Positions 13,076 to 23,390 of a DNA stretch of 64,000 nucleotides are shown here, in pieces (positions within the stretch are counted from its first letter, which is position 1; every line of letters begins with the position of its first letter). Origin of the DNA: an uncultured Acidobacteriota bacterium (GTDB lineage: Bacteria > Acidobacteriota > Polarisedimenticolia > J045); assembly GCA_963702425.1 (NCBI GenBank), contig CAVPCQ010000017.1:160001-224000 (forward strand). Direction: 5' to 3'. The translations under genes were made by a program, and so were the position numbers. The notes under the pieces were generated by a model. That model was not told the origin of the DNA, made no database searches, and worked only from the letters and a program-made list of their open reading frames with translations.

Positions 13076-13558
13076 CTACTTCGCAGGCAGAGCCAGCGGG
13101 ATGGCCGACGAGATCTCGGCCGCGATCGAGGTGTCGATCTTGTTCTCGATCTGGTAGAGGCGCAGCACCTTGGCCGGCGGGATCGCCCGCTCGAACCTCG
13201 CGCGCCAGCGCGCCTTCAGCTCCCACTCCTGCTGCTTCAGGAAGAGCCACTCCTCGAGCAGGCCCTGGGCGGTCTTGTCGTCCATCGTGTCGCCGCTCTT
13301 CGAAAGGGTGTCGAGCAGCTGGATCCCGCGGTCGCCGAACCGCATCAGTTCTCCGCGGTACTGGAGATAGAGCGGCCAGAACTTCTGCGCCTGCTCCGGG
13401 GTCAGGCTGAGGTTCTCGCCGACGATCTTCTGCCGCTCGGCAGCGAGCAGCCCGCGCGTGATCCGGACGTCGTCCTTGGTCGGTTCCTGGGCCGGCACCA
13501 TCGTCGAGCCGAGCGCGAGCAGCAGCAGCGCCGGGAGCACGGGCATCTTGCGGGTCAT
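13076..13558 (-). CDS. Secreted helical hypothetical protein (Spy/CpxP-like)
   Basis: Signal peptide; LSLTPEQAQKFWPLY motif. Confidence 0.7.
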   Translation of the reverse strand: MTRKMPVLPALLLLALGSTMVPAQEPTKDDVRITRGLLAAERQKIVGENLSLTPEQAQKFWPLYLQYRGELMRFGDRGIQLLDTLSKSGDTMDDKTAQGLLEEWLFLKQQEWELKARWRARFERAIPPAKVLRLYQIENKIDTSIAAEISSAIPLALPAK

Positions 13559-13720
13559 CTGTCGATCCTCCGGCCGCGGCGCGCAGTACCACCCTCTGAC
13601 CGCCGAGCGGGATGATTCTACAGCGACCCGGCGGTCCCGGTGCTACTCTCTCCCGTTCAGGGTTCGCGGCTCGGATCGCGCCTCCGCGCAGTCCCCGCAC
13701 GACGAACGAAAGGAGTTGCC

Positions 13721-14125
13721 ATGAGCTTCTTCGGCACGATTCTCGAGAAACTGGGGCTCAAGCGCCCCGCGCCGCCGCCGATCCAGGTGACACCGCCGCC
13801 GAAACCGCTCCCTCTGCCCGTGCCCGCGGCACCGCCGATGCCCCCGGCCCCTGTCGAGATCCCGCTGGTCGACGTGCTCGCCCAGCTGGAGGACCTCGCG
13901 GCGAACAACCCGCAGAAGCTCAACTGGCGGACCTCGATCGTCGACCTGCTCAAGCTGCTCGACATCGACAGCAGCTTCGCGGCGCGCAAGGAACTCGCGA
14001 TCGAGCTCGGCTGCCCCGCCGGCCTGATGGGCGACTCCGCGCAGATGAACATGTGGCTGCACAAGACCGTGCTCAGGAAGATCGCGGAAAACGGCGGCAA
14101 CATCCCCCAGGACCTGCTCGACTGA
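13721..14125 (+). CDS. DUF3597-domain protein
   Basis: LNWRTSIVDLLKLLDIDSS...MNMWLHK...NGGNIP; RBS AAGGAG. Confidence 0.88.
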   Translation: MSFFGTILEKLGLKRPAPPPIQVTPPPKPLPLPVPAAPPMPPAPVEIPLVDVLAQLEDLAANNPQKLNWRTSIVDLLKLLDIDSSFAARKELAIELGCPAGLMGDSAQMNMWLHKTVLRKIAENGGNIPQDLLD

Positions 14126-14160
14126 GCCAGAGGGGCCGCATCGTTCGAGGAGCGTCACCA

Positions 14161-14577
14161 ATGGCCGAACCCAAGACCAAGGTCAACGACGCGAGCGTCG
14201 ACGACTTCATCGCCGGGATCGAGCACGACCAGCGTCGCGCGGACTGCGAGGCGGTGCTCAGGATCATGAAGCGGGTCACCAAAGCGCCGCCGAAGATGTG
14301 GGGCACGAGCATCGTCGGTTTCGGCAGCTACCACTACAAGTCCGCGAGCGGTCGCGAGGGGGACTGGCCCCTCACCGGGTTCTCTCCGCGCAAGCAGGAC
14401 CTGACCCTCTACCTGATGGCCGGATTCGACGAGTTCCCCGACCTGATGGCCAGGCTCGGCAAGTTCAAGACCGGCTTGTCGTGCCTGTACCTCAAGCGGC
14501 TCTCGGAGATCGACGTCAAGGTCCTCGAACAGCTGATCGCGGCCAACGTCGCCTGGATGAAGCAGAACTTCCGCTGA
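14161..14577 (+). CDS. DUF1801-domain protein
   Basis: MWGTSIVGFGSYHYK, GFSPRKQ, LGKFKTGLSCLY. Confidence 0.88.
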   Translation: MAEPKTKVNDASVDDFIAGIEHDQRRADCEAVLRIMKRVTKAPPKMWGTSIVGFGSYHYKSASGREGDWPLTGFSPRKQDLTLYLMAGFDEFPDLMARLGKFKTGLSCLYLKRLSEIDVKVLEQLIAANVAWMKQNFR

Positions 14578-14602
14578 GGCGCAGCGGCCGAGGGACCGGC
14601 GC

Positions 14603-15640
14603 CTACGCCAGCATTGCCGCTTCCTCGCCGATCACCTTCGCCGCGCGCTCGATCGCCGGCCCGTCGAGGTCGAGGTGCGTCACCAGCCGGAAGCGCCGGC
14701 GGTCGAGCGACAGGAAGTGCACGCCGCGGCGCGCGCAGCGCTCGAGCAGCTCCTCGGCACCGCCGGCCGCGAGCCGGACGATCACGATGTTGGTCTGGAC
14801 CGACGCCGGGTCGATCCGCAGGTTCGGGCAGGGCGCGAGCGCGTGGGCCAGGCGCCGCGCGCGGAGGTGGTCCTCCGCCAGCCGCTCCACGTTGTGCCGC
14901 AGCGCGAAGAGGCCCGCGGCGGCCACGATCCCCGCCTGGCGCATCCCGCCGCCGAGCATCTTGCGGTAGCGGTGGGCTGCGACCCGGAACTCCTTCGTCC
15001 CGCACAGCACCGAGCCGACCGGCGCCCCCAGCCCCTTCGAGAGGCAGAAGGAGAGCGAGTCGAACGGCGCCGCGAGCGCCGCGACCGTCGTACCGGCGGC
15101 AGTGGCGGCGTTGAAGACCCGCGCGCCGTCGAGGTGCATCGGGATCCCGGCGCTCCGGCAGACCTGGGCGATCTTCTCGACTTCCGGCTGCGGAAAGATC
15201 ACGCCACCGCCCATGTTGTGGGTGTTCTCGATCCAGAGCAGGCCGGTCCCGGGGGTGTGGAACGTCGGCGGCTTGATCCGCGCCTCCGCCTGGTCCGCGG
15301 TGAACAGGCCGTTCCCGGGGATCACCGAATACTGCACACCGGCCACCGCCGCCCCGGCGCCGACCTCGTGGAGCACGGCGTGGCAGTCCGTCCCCAGCAC
15401 GACCTCGTCGCCGCGCCGGACGTGGACCATCTGGGCGATCAGGTTGGCCATGCAGCCCGAGGGGACGAAGAGCCCGGCCGCCTTGCCGACGCGCTCCGCC
15501 GCGACTTCCTCGAGTTCCAGCGTCGTCGGGTCCCCGTCGAGGACGTCGTCCCCGACCGCGGCTGACGCCATCGCCTCGCGCATCGCGGGCGAGGGGCGCG
15601 TCACGGTGTCGGAACGGAGGTCGACGAGTTCGTGCTCCAC
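14603..15640 (-). CDS. ltaE: Low-specificity L-threonine aldolase (PLP)
   Basis: DLRSDTVT, VGDDV, ENTHN, HLDGARVFN, CLSKGLGAPVGS, GGGMRQ. Confidence 0.92.
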   Translation of the reverse strand: MEHELVDLRSDTVTRPSPAMREAMASAAVGDDVLDGDPTTLELEEVAAERVGKAAGLFVPSGCMANLIAQMVHVRRGDEVVLGTDCHAVLHEVGAGAAVAGVQYSVIPGNGLFTADQAEARIKPPTFHTPGTGLLWIENTHNMGGGVIFPQPEVEKIAQVCRSAGIPMHLDGARVFNAATAAGTTVAALAAPFDSLSFCLSKGLGAPVGSVLCGTKEFRVAAHRYRKMLGGGMRQAGIVAAAGLFALRHNVERLAEDHLRARRLAHALAPCPNLRIDPASVQTNIVIVRLAAGGAEELLERCARRGVHFLSLDRRRFRLVTHLDLDGPAIERAAKVIGEEAAMLA

Positions 15641-15643
15641 GGC

Positions 15644-16777
15644 CTAGCCCTCCGCGCGCCCCGGCTTCGACCGGGCGTACGCCAGCACCATCCACGCCAC
15701 CGTCGCGATCGCGCCGACCAGCAGCAGCGCGAAGATCGCGATCGGGCCCCACTGCGGCTCGACCCAGGGGTTCGCCTCGAAGCCGGCCATTTCCAGCGCG
15801 CCGCGCCGCACCTGGTCGCGCGAGAGGATCATCAGGACGAGCGTCCCGACCACGGCGACCGACCCGATCCGGACGAGCTTCTCGGGCCGCGGGGCGTAGA
15901 TCGCCAGCGCCATCAGGAACAGCGACACCAGCCCGAGCAGGATCCCCAGCCCCAGCGTCCCGGTGGCGAACATGTTCTTCCCCATGAAGCGCAGCATCAC
16001 TTCCTTGGGGAGCGCGATCAGCCACCACATGCCCCAGACGATGTTGATCCCGGTCGGAATGCAGAACCAGAGCGACCCGTGCCGCAGCGCCCAGGTGCCG
16101 AACGCCGGGTCGGCGTCGCGCCGCTTGCGCCACAGGCCGTAGTGCGCGACGGCGATCCCGGTCACGGCCAGCGCCCCGAACAGCATGTGCAGGAAGCGCG
16201 GCCAGAGCGTCGGGTCGTCCAGGTTGAGCTGGAGGCCGGCCGCACTCCGCGCGTACTTCTCGACGAAGGCGTCGGGCCGCAGCATCAGCGTCATGTTGTT
16301 GGTGTAGAGGAAGCCGATCACGAGGAAGATCGCCGCCACCGTCCACGCGACCAGGCCCGGGGAGCCGCCGAGCCGTTGCGGCTGGAACGCGAGCAGGTAG
16401 GTCCCGTAGTAGGCCAGCATCAGCAGTGGGATCACGGCGAACCAGAACCAGGCCATCAGGACCGAGCTGGAGAAGAACAGCCGGCCGTACAGCGCCTGGA
16501 CGAAGAGCAGCGGTGCAACGCCGAACGACACCGCCGCCGCCACTGCGATCGGCATCGACTTGGCGAAGTAGCGCACCAGCTCCCGCGAGTGCTCGCCGCC
16601 GGGACGGGCCGCGCGCAGGCGCGCGAGCAGCGCGATGAGCGAGCCGCCCAGCACGAAGTTCATCGGCAGCAGGTGCAGGAAGAAGGTCAGGACCAGCAGG
16701 AACCACATCAGCGCCGCCGGGGCGGCGAGCGGGGTCGGGTCCAGCTGGGGGATCGCAGCGAGGAGCGGCGGGTTCAT
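15644..16777 (-). CDS. Multi-TM CydA-like partner subunit
   Basis: About 9 TM helices; LHLLPMN and PRFLHMLFG His motifs; co-oriented directly downstream of the CydA-like gene. Confidence 0.7.
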   Translation of the reverse strand: MNPPLLAAIPQLDPTPLAAPAALMWFLLVLTFFLHLLPMNFVLGGSLIALLARLRAARPGGEHSRELVRYFAKSMPIAVAAAVSFGVAPLLFVQALYGRLFFSSSVLMAWFWFAVIPLLMLAYYGTYLLAFQPQRLGGSPGLVAWTVAAIFLVIGFLYTNNMTLMLRPDAFVEKYARSAAGLQLNLDDPTLWPRFLHMLFGALAVTGIAVAHYGLWRKRRDADPAFGTWALRHGSLWFCIPTGINIVWGMWWLIALPKEVMLRFMGKNMFATGTLGLGILLGLVSLFLMALAIYAPRPEKLVRIGSVAVVGTLVLMILSRDQVRRGALEMAGFEANPWVEPQWGPIAIFALLLVGAIATVAWMVLAYARSKPGRAEG

Positions 16778-16790
16778 CGACGTCTCCTCC

Positions 16791-18557
16791 CTACGGCGCG
16801 CCGGCCGGCTGGCCGAGGCCCGCGAGGTACTCCGCGAGCGCCCGCCGCTCCGCGTCGGTCCCCTCGAACGGGGGCATCAGCTCGTTGAGCTCGGGCAGCC
16901 GGCCGATCGCCGCGTAGAACGCGTCGGCACTCTGACCCTTGAGGTAGTTGGCCATCGGGAAGTCGCTCTCCGGCGCGTGGCACATCGCGCAGTTGTCCTC
17001 GTAGAGCTTCGCGCCGGACGGCGGCCCCGTCGCCGCCGCTGCGGCCGCTTCGACCGCGCCGCCGCCGACGGTCGCGAGGTAGACCGACAGCGCGTGGGCC
17101 TCGGCCGCGGTCCCGACGAACGGCGGCATCATCCGGTCGCGCCAGGTCTTGAGCGCGAGCTGCGGATCGTTCCAGGCCGCGGCCTCGCCCCTGGCGTTCA
17201 CGGGCCGGGCGAGCCGGCCGAGGAGCCCCTCGATCGTCGAGGAGCTCTTCCCCTTCACCAGCCTGTCGATGCCGTTGTAGCGGTCGACCGAGTGGCAGGT
17301 GAAGCACTGCAGCCGGAAGACCTCGCGGCCCGCGGCCGCTTCCAGCTCGATCAGCTTCTCCGGGTCCATCGCCTCCGCGGTCAGCGCGCCGGGCGTGTAT
17401 CCCGCCGGAAGCCGGGCCCAGGGCGACGCGGCGAGCACGCCGGACGCGTTCAGCGCCTCCACCGTGTAGCGGTCGGCGGGAAAGCCCGCAGGCGGCTTCG
17501 GCGCGGCGTCGCGGGGCGGCAGCCGGACACCGTTGACGAACATGTGCTCCCCGATGACCCACGGCTTGCGCAGGTCTTCCCGCACCCACTCCCCGCCGCC
17601 GATCGCGAGCAGGCCGGCCAGCATCAGGAGCGTCCCCGAGACCCGGCCGTAGCGCTCGTTGCGCGCGAAGACGACGAACAGCGTGACGACCAGCGCGAAG
17701 GTCATCGAGGCCAGCGCCACCCGGAGCGCGCGCTGCGCCATCGGGTAGCCGGCCTCGGGCAGCGGCCCGAACGCGCTGGCAACGATCGGGAGGAACCCGG
17801 GCGACGCGGTCCCGAAGATCTCGGCGACCGGCACGCCCGCGGACGACGCGGCCGCGAAGTACCAGGCGAGCGACAGCGGCAGCGCGATCACGGTCGGCAG
17901 GACCCACCAGGTGCCGGCCCAGCGCGCGACCGTGCGCTTCAGCTGCGGGTCGCGCAGGAAGCCGGCGGTGAACACCGCGTACAGACCGGCCAGCCCGATC
18001 GAGGCGAAGGTCCGCGCGAAGAGCGACGGGAAGTAGGTCGGGTTGAAGAAGCCCGACCAGAAGCTGCGGTTCTCGAGCCACGCCCCCGGCGTGAGCATGT
18101 AGGCCAGGATCCCGTTGATGACCACGAGCGAAAGCCACGCCGCCCCGAAGTAGATCCAGCCGACGGCGACGTGGGTGCGCGCCGGGAGCCGGTCCCAGCC
18201 GTAGTAGTAGACCATCGCCGCGGCGATCTCGGTCAGGAAGAAGGTCCACTCGATCGCCCAGCCCCAGACGAAGGTGTTGATCAGGCTCGCGGTGGCCCAC
18301 GGGCTGACCAGCGTGATCGCGAACCAGATCCCGACGCCGGTGATCGCGCCGAAGACCAGCGTCAGGAGGATGAAGAAGCGCGAGAGGTAGCGCACGAAGC
18401 CGAGCAGCGCGGGGTCGTTGTCGCGGCGCGCCTTGCGCTCGGCGAGCACGAGAAACAGGCCGCCGCCGACCGCGAAGTGCGAGACGAAGACGTGGACGAT
18501 GGAGACGATGGCGATCAGCAGGCCGGAGCCCTGCAGGTCCCAGATCGGGTAGTTCAT
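16791..18557 (-). CDS. Cytochrome bd subunit I-like protein fused to two c-type cytochrome domains
   Basis: HVFVSHFAVGGG, TGVGIWF, GWAIEWTFFLTE, EWVREDLRKPW; CFTCH and CAMCH with MPPF distal ligands; start ATG 18557. Confidence 0.85.
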   Translation of the reverse strand: MNYPIWDLQGSGLLIAIVSIVHVFVSHFAVGGGLFLVLAERKARRDNDPALLGFVRYLSRFFILLTLVFGAITGVGIWFAITLVSPWATASLINTFVWGWAIEWTFFLTEIAAAMVYYYGWDRLPARTHVAVGWIYFGAAWLSLVVINGILAYMLTPGAWLENRSFWSGFFNPTYFPSLFARTFASIGLAGLYAVFTAGFLRDPQLKRTVARWAGTWWVLPTVIALPLSLAWYFAAASSAGVPVAEIFGTASPGFLPIVASAFGPLPEAGYPMAQRALRVALASMTFALVVTLFVVFARNERYGRVSGTLLMLAGLLAIGGGEWVREDLRKPWVIGEHMFVNGVRLPPRDAAPKPPAGFPADRYTVEALNASGVLAASPWARLPAGYTPGALTAEAMDPEKLIELEAAAGREVFRLQCFTCHSVDRYNGIDRLVKGKSSSTIEGLLGRLARPVNARGEAAAWNDPQLALKTWRDRMMPPFVGTAAEAHALSVYLATVGGGAVEAAAAAATGPPSGAKLYEDNCAMCHAPESDFPMANYLKGQSADAFYAAIGRLPELNELMPPFEGTDAERRALAEYLAGLGQPAGAP

Positions 18558-18751
18558 GGAGCGGTCTCCCTGGTCGGAACGGGTGGCCGCCCGGCGACCG
18601 TCTCCGGGGGCCGGGCGGGCCGTACTCCATGATGCTAACAGGAGAGTTAGGAACGCCAAGGCGATATTAAGGCGAAGAAAATCCGGGTACGCCCGTCGCG
18701 TGGAGAAGGCCCGCGGCGCAGAATCGCGCCGGTCTCCCGGAGGAACGCGGC

Positions 18752-20233
18752 ATGTCCACCGAATCGTCCGACGGCGGCGTCCGCCCCCTGCTCCCGTCGC
18801 AGCGGGGGCTCGGCGACATGCAGCCGGAGGAGTTCCGCGCCGCCGCGCACGGCGTCGCCGACCGCGTGGCCGACTACCTCGGCCGGCTCGAGAGCTTCCC
18901 CGTCCTGCCCCGGCTCGAGCCGGGCTCGATCCGCGCCGCGCTCCCGGCCGCGCCGCCCGCGCAGCCCGAGCCGCTGGAGGCGATCCTCGCCGACTACGCG
19001 CGGCTGATCGAGCCGAACATCACGCACTGGCAACACCCCGGCTTCATGGCCTACTTCCCCTCGGTCGCCTCGGGGCCCGGCATCCTCGGCGAGTGGCTGG
19101 CGGCCGGGCTCAACTCGAACGTGATGTTCTGGCGCAACGCCCCGTCGTCGACCGAGCTGGAAGAGGTCGTCGTCTCCTGGCTGCGCCAACTCGTCGGGCT
19201 GCCCGAGGCGTTCGACGGGATGTTCACCGACACGGCGTCGGTCTCGTCGCTGCTGGCGATCGTCGCCGCGCGTCACGCCGTGCCCGGCCTCGACGCGCGC
19301 GACGAGGGGCTCGCCGGCCGGCCGGGGATCGGGCGGCTGCGCGTCTACGCGTCGACGGAGGCGCACTCCTCGATCGAGAAGGCGGCGATCGTCGCCGGGA
19401 TCGGCCGGCGCGGCGTGCGGCGCATCCCGGCGGACGGCGCGTTCCGGATGCGGGTCGACCTGCTCGAGCAGGCGATCCGCGAGGACTGGGACAGCGGCTG
19501 GTGGCCGTTCGCCGTGGTGGCGACGCTGGGCACGACGTCGTCGACCAGCGTCGACCCCGCGGCCGCGATCGCCGAGGTCTGCGAGCGCGAGAAGCTCTGG
19601 CTGCACGTCGACGCCGCGTACGGCGGGGCGATGATGGTCGCGCCCGAGCAGCGCGGCCTGTTCGGCGGCTGGGAGCGCGCCGACTCGATCGTGATCAACC
19701 CGCACAAGTGGCTCTGGACCCCGTTCGACGCCTCGCTGCTGCTGTTCCGGCAGCCGGAGACGTTCCGCGCCGCGTTCAGCCTCGTACCCGAATACCTCAA
19801 GGTCCGCGACCAGGGCGAGGTGCACAACTACCACGAGTACGGGATCCAGCTCGGCCGGCGGTTCCGGGCGCTCAAGCTCTGGATGCTGCTGCGTTACTTC
19901 GGCGCCGACGGGATGGCGGCGCGGATCAGGGAACACCTGCGGCTGGCGCGGCTGTTCGCGTCGTGGGTCGAAGCGGCGCCGGACTGGGAGCTGCTCGCCC
20001 CCGTCCCGATGGCGACGGTCTGCTTCCGCCACCGCCCGCCGGGCCGGCCGGAGGCCGAGCTGGACGCGCACAACGAACGGCTGATGGCGCGCGTCAACGA
20101 GAGCGGCGAGATCTTCCTGTCGCACACGAAGCTCGACGGGAAGTACGCGATCCGCGTGTCGATCGGGAACCCGCGGCAGGAGGAACGGCACGTGCGGCGG
20201 GCCTGGGAGCTGCTTCTCCAGGCTGCGCGCTGA
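18752..20233 (+). CDS. PLP-dependent group II (aromatic L-amino acid-type) decarboxylase
   Basis: THWQHPGFMAYF, AHSSIEK, HVDAAYGG, NPHKW, LGRRFRALKLW. Confidence 0.93.
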   Translation: MSTESSDGGVRPLLPSQRGLGDMQPEEFRAAAHGVADRVADYLGRLESFPVLPRLEPGSIRAALPAAPPAQPEPLEAILADYARLIEPNITHWQHPGFMAYFPSVASGPGILGEWLAAGLNSNVMFWRNAPSSTELEEVVVSWLRQLVGLPEAFDGMFTDTASVSSLLAIVAARHAVPGLDARDEGLAGRPGIGRLRVYASTEAHSSIEKAAIVAGIGRRGVRRIPADGAFRMRVDLLEQAIREDWDSGWWPFAVVATLGTTSSTSVDPAAAIAEVCEREKLWLHVDAAYGGAMMVAPEQRGLFGGWERADSIVINPHKWLWTPFDASLLLFRQPETFRAAFSLVPEYLKVRDQGEVHNYHEYGIQLGRRFRALKLWMLLRYFGADGMAARIREHLRLARLFASWVEAAPDWELLAPVPMATVCFRHRPPGRPEAELDAHNERLMARVNESGEIFLSHTKLDGKYAIRVSIGNPRQEERHVRRAWELLLQAAR

Positions 20234-20253
20234 CTGCATCCGGAAGGCGACCG

Positions 20254-21975
20254 GTGCCCGCGTTCCGCTACAGCCCCCCGATCGCGCGGAAGCTGCCGCT
20301 CACCGCGGGGGACGGGCTGGTCCTTCTGCTGCTCGCCGCGCTGCTCTACCTCGGCGCGCGGCTGGCGCTGCGCGTCCCGGCGGTCGTCGCCGGGCCCGAG
20401 ATCTCGCTCTCGCCCCGGGCCCTTCCGTGGTACGCGCTCTTTTCGGTCGGGCGGATGGCGGTGGCGTACGCGATCTCGCTGGCCTTCAGCCTGGTCTACG
20501 GCTACGCGGCGGCGCGCTCGCGGGGGGCCCGCGCAGTGCTCATGCCGCTGCTCGACGTGCTGCAGAGCGTTCCGATCCTGTCGTTCCTGCCGGTCGTCCT
20601 GCTCTCGTTCAGCGCAATCCTGCCGGAGGGGTTCGCGGCCGAGCTGGCGTCGATCGTGCTGATCTTCACCTCGCAGGCCTGGAACATGACCTTCAGCTTC
20701 TACCAGTCGGTGCGCGGTACGCCGCGCGAGCTGCGCGAGGCGGCGGCGGTCTTCCGCCTCGGTCCGTGGTTGCGCTTCCGTACCGTCGAGCTACCGTTCG
20801 CGGCGCCCGGCCTGGTCTGGAACAGCATGATGAGCTGGTCGGGGGGCTGGTTCTTCCTGATGGCGGCAGAGATCTTCGTGGTCGGCCGCCGCGACTTCCG
20901 CCTCCCGGGACTCGGCTCCTACCTGCACGAGGCTTCCGCCACGTCCGACTGGCGCGCGATCGGGCTCGGCGTCGCCACGCTGGTGACGATCGTGGTCCTG
21001 CTCGACCTGGTGATCTGGCGGCCGGTCCTGGCCTGGGCGGACAAGTTCAAGCTGGACCTGACGGCCGGCAGCGAGGCCCCCGACTCGCGCGTGCTCGACC
21101 TCGTGCGCCGCTCGTGGCTGCTCGACCGGCTGGCCGCCGGGACGCTGCGTCCCGCCGCAGAATGGATCGACCGGCGCCTCCAGCCGCAGGCGACCGGATC
21201 GCCGCCAGAGGAGCCCGAAGGGGAGGGCCGCCCCGGCGCGCTCGCCGTGGGCTCGCTCGTCCTGCTCGCCGCGCTGGCGCTCTACGGTAGCTACCGCGCG
21301 CTGCGCCTGGTCTCGGGGCTGTCGGCCGGCGCGTGGCTGGCCGTCGGTGCCGGGCTCGGGGCGACGCTCCTGCGCGTGACGATCGCGCTGGCGATCACGC
21401 TCGCCTGGACCGTGCCGCTGGGGGTGCTGATCGGGTCGAACCGGCGCTGGGCGGCGTGGCTGCAGCCGGTGGTGCAGGTCTTGGCCTCGATCCCCGCGAC
21501 CGCCCTGTTCCCGGTCTTCGTGCTGCTGCTGCTCGGCGCGCCGGGCGGCCTGTCGGTCGCCGCGATCCTGCTGATGCTGATGGGTACGCAGTGGTACCTG
21601 CTGTTCAACGTGATCGCCGGCGCCGCCGCGATCCCCGAGGACCTGAAGCTGACGACCGCGCTGCTGCAGCTGACCCGGCGCGACCGCTGGCGCGTGCTGA
21701 CCCTCCCCGCGATCTTCCCGTTCGTGGTCACCGGCGCGATCACCGCCTCGGGCGGGGCGTGGAATGCCAGCGTCGTGGCGGAGCACGTGACGTTCGGCGA
21801 CCGGGTCTACGACACGGTCGGGATCGGCGCACTGATCGCCGAAGCGACCGCCCGGGGGGACTACGCGCTGCTCGTCGCGGCCACCCTCGCGCTGGTCCTG
21901 CTCGTCGTTTTGATCAACCGCTTCTTCTGGCTCCGGCTCTACCGCCGCGCCGAAGAACGCTACCGCCTGGAGTGA
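20254..21975 (+). CDS. NitT/TauT-type ABC transporter permease, two fused TM domains
   Basis: LDVLQSVPILSFLP, WNSMMSWSGGWFFL, GGAWNAS; GTG start 20254. Confidence 0.9.
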   Translation: MPAFRYSPPIARKLPLTAGDGLVLLLLAALLYLGARLALRVPAVVAGPEISLSPRALPWYALFSVGRMAVAYAISLAFSLVYGYAAARSRGARAVLMPLLDVLQSVPILSFLPVVLLSFSAILPEGFAAELASIVLIFTSQAWNMTFSFYQSVRGTPRELREAAAVFRLGPWLRFRTVELPFAAPGLVWNSMMSWSGGWFFLMAAEIFVVGRRDFRLPGLGSYLHEASATSDWRAIGLGVATLVTIVVLLDLVIWRPVLAWADKFKLDLTAGSEAPDSRVLDLVRRSWLLDRLAAGTLRPAAEWIDRRLQPQATGSPPEEPEGEGRPGALAVGSLVLLAALALYGSYRALRLVSGLSAGAWLAVGAGLGATLLRVTIALAITLAWTVPLGVLIGSNRRWAAWLQPVVQVLASIPATALFPVFVLLLLGAPGGLSVAAILLMLMGTQWYLLFNVIAGAAAIPEDLKLTTALLQLTRRDRWRVLTLPAIFPFVVTGAITASGGAWNASVVAEHVTFGDRVYDTVGIGALIAEATARGDYALLVAATLALVLLVVLINRFFWLRLYRRAEERYRLE

Positions 21976-21977
21976 CG

Positions 21978-23276
<1,299 letters not shown>

Positions 23277-23390
23277 CGGTCCATCCGCGGGGCGGGGCTT
23301 CCACCCGGCTTCCGCGAGGTGCGGAATACCGTCGAGGCATACCCCGTAATGCCGGCGGTTTCGCCGTACCCTCCGCGCGGAGGTCCGCGC

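Noticed and set aside
18556-20253. Long N-terminal extension of the ABC permease (likewise the YceI, S8, UDG, SDR and DUF2157 track ORFs)
   Set aside because: These extensions overlap real genes or intergenic DNA; better starts exist downstream
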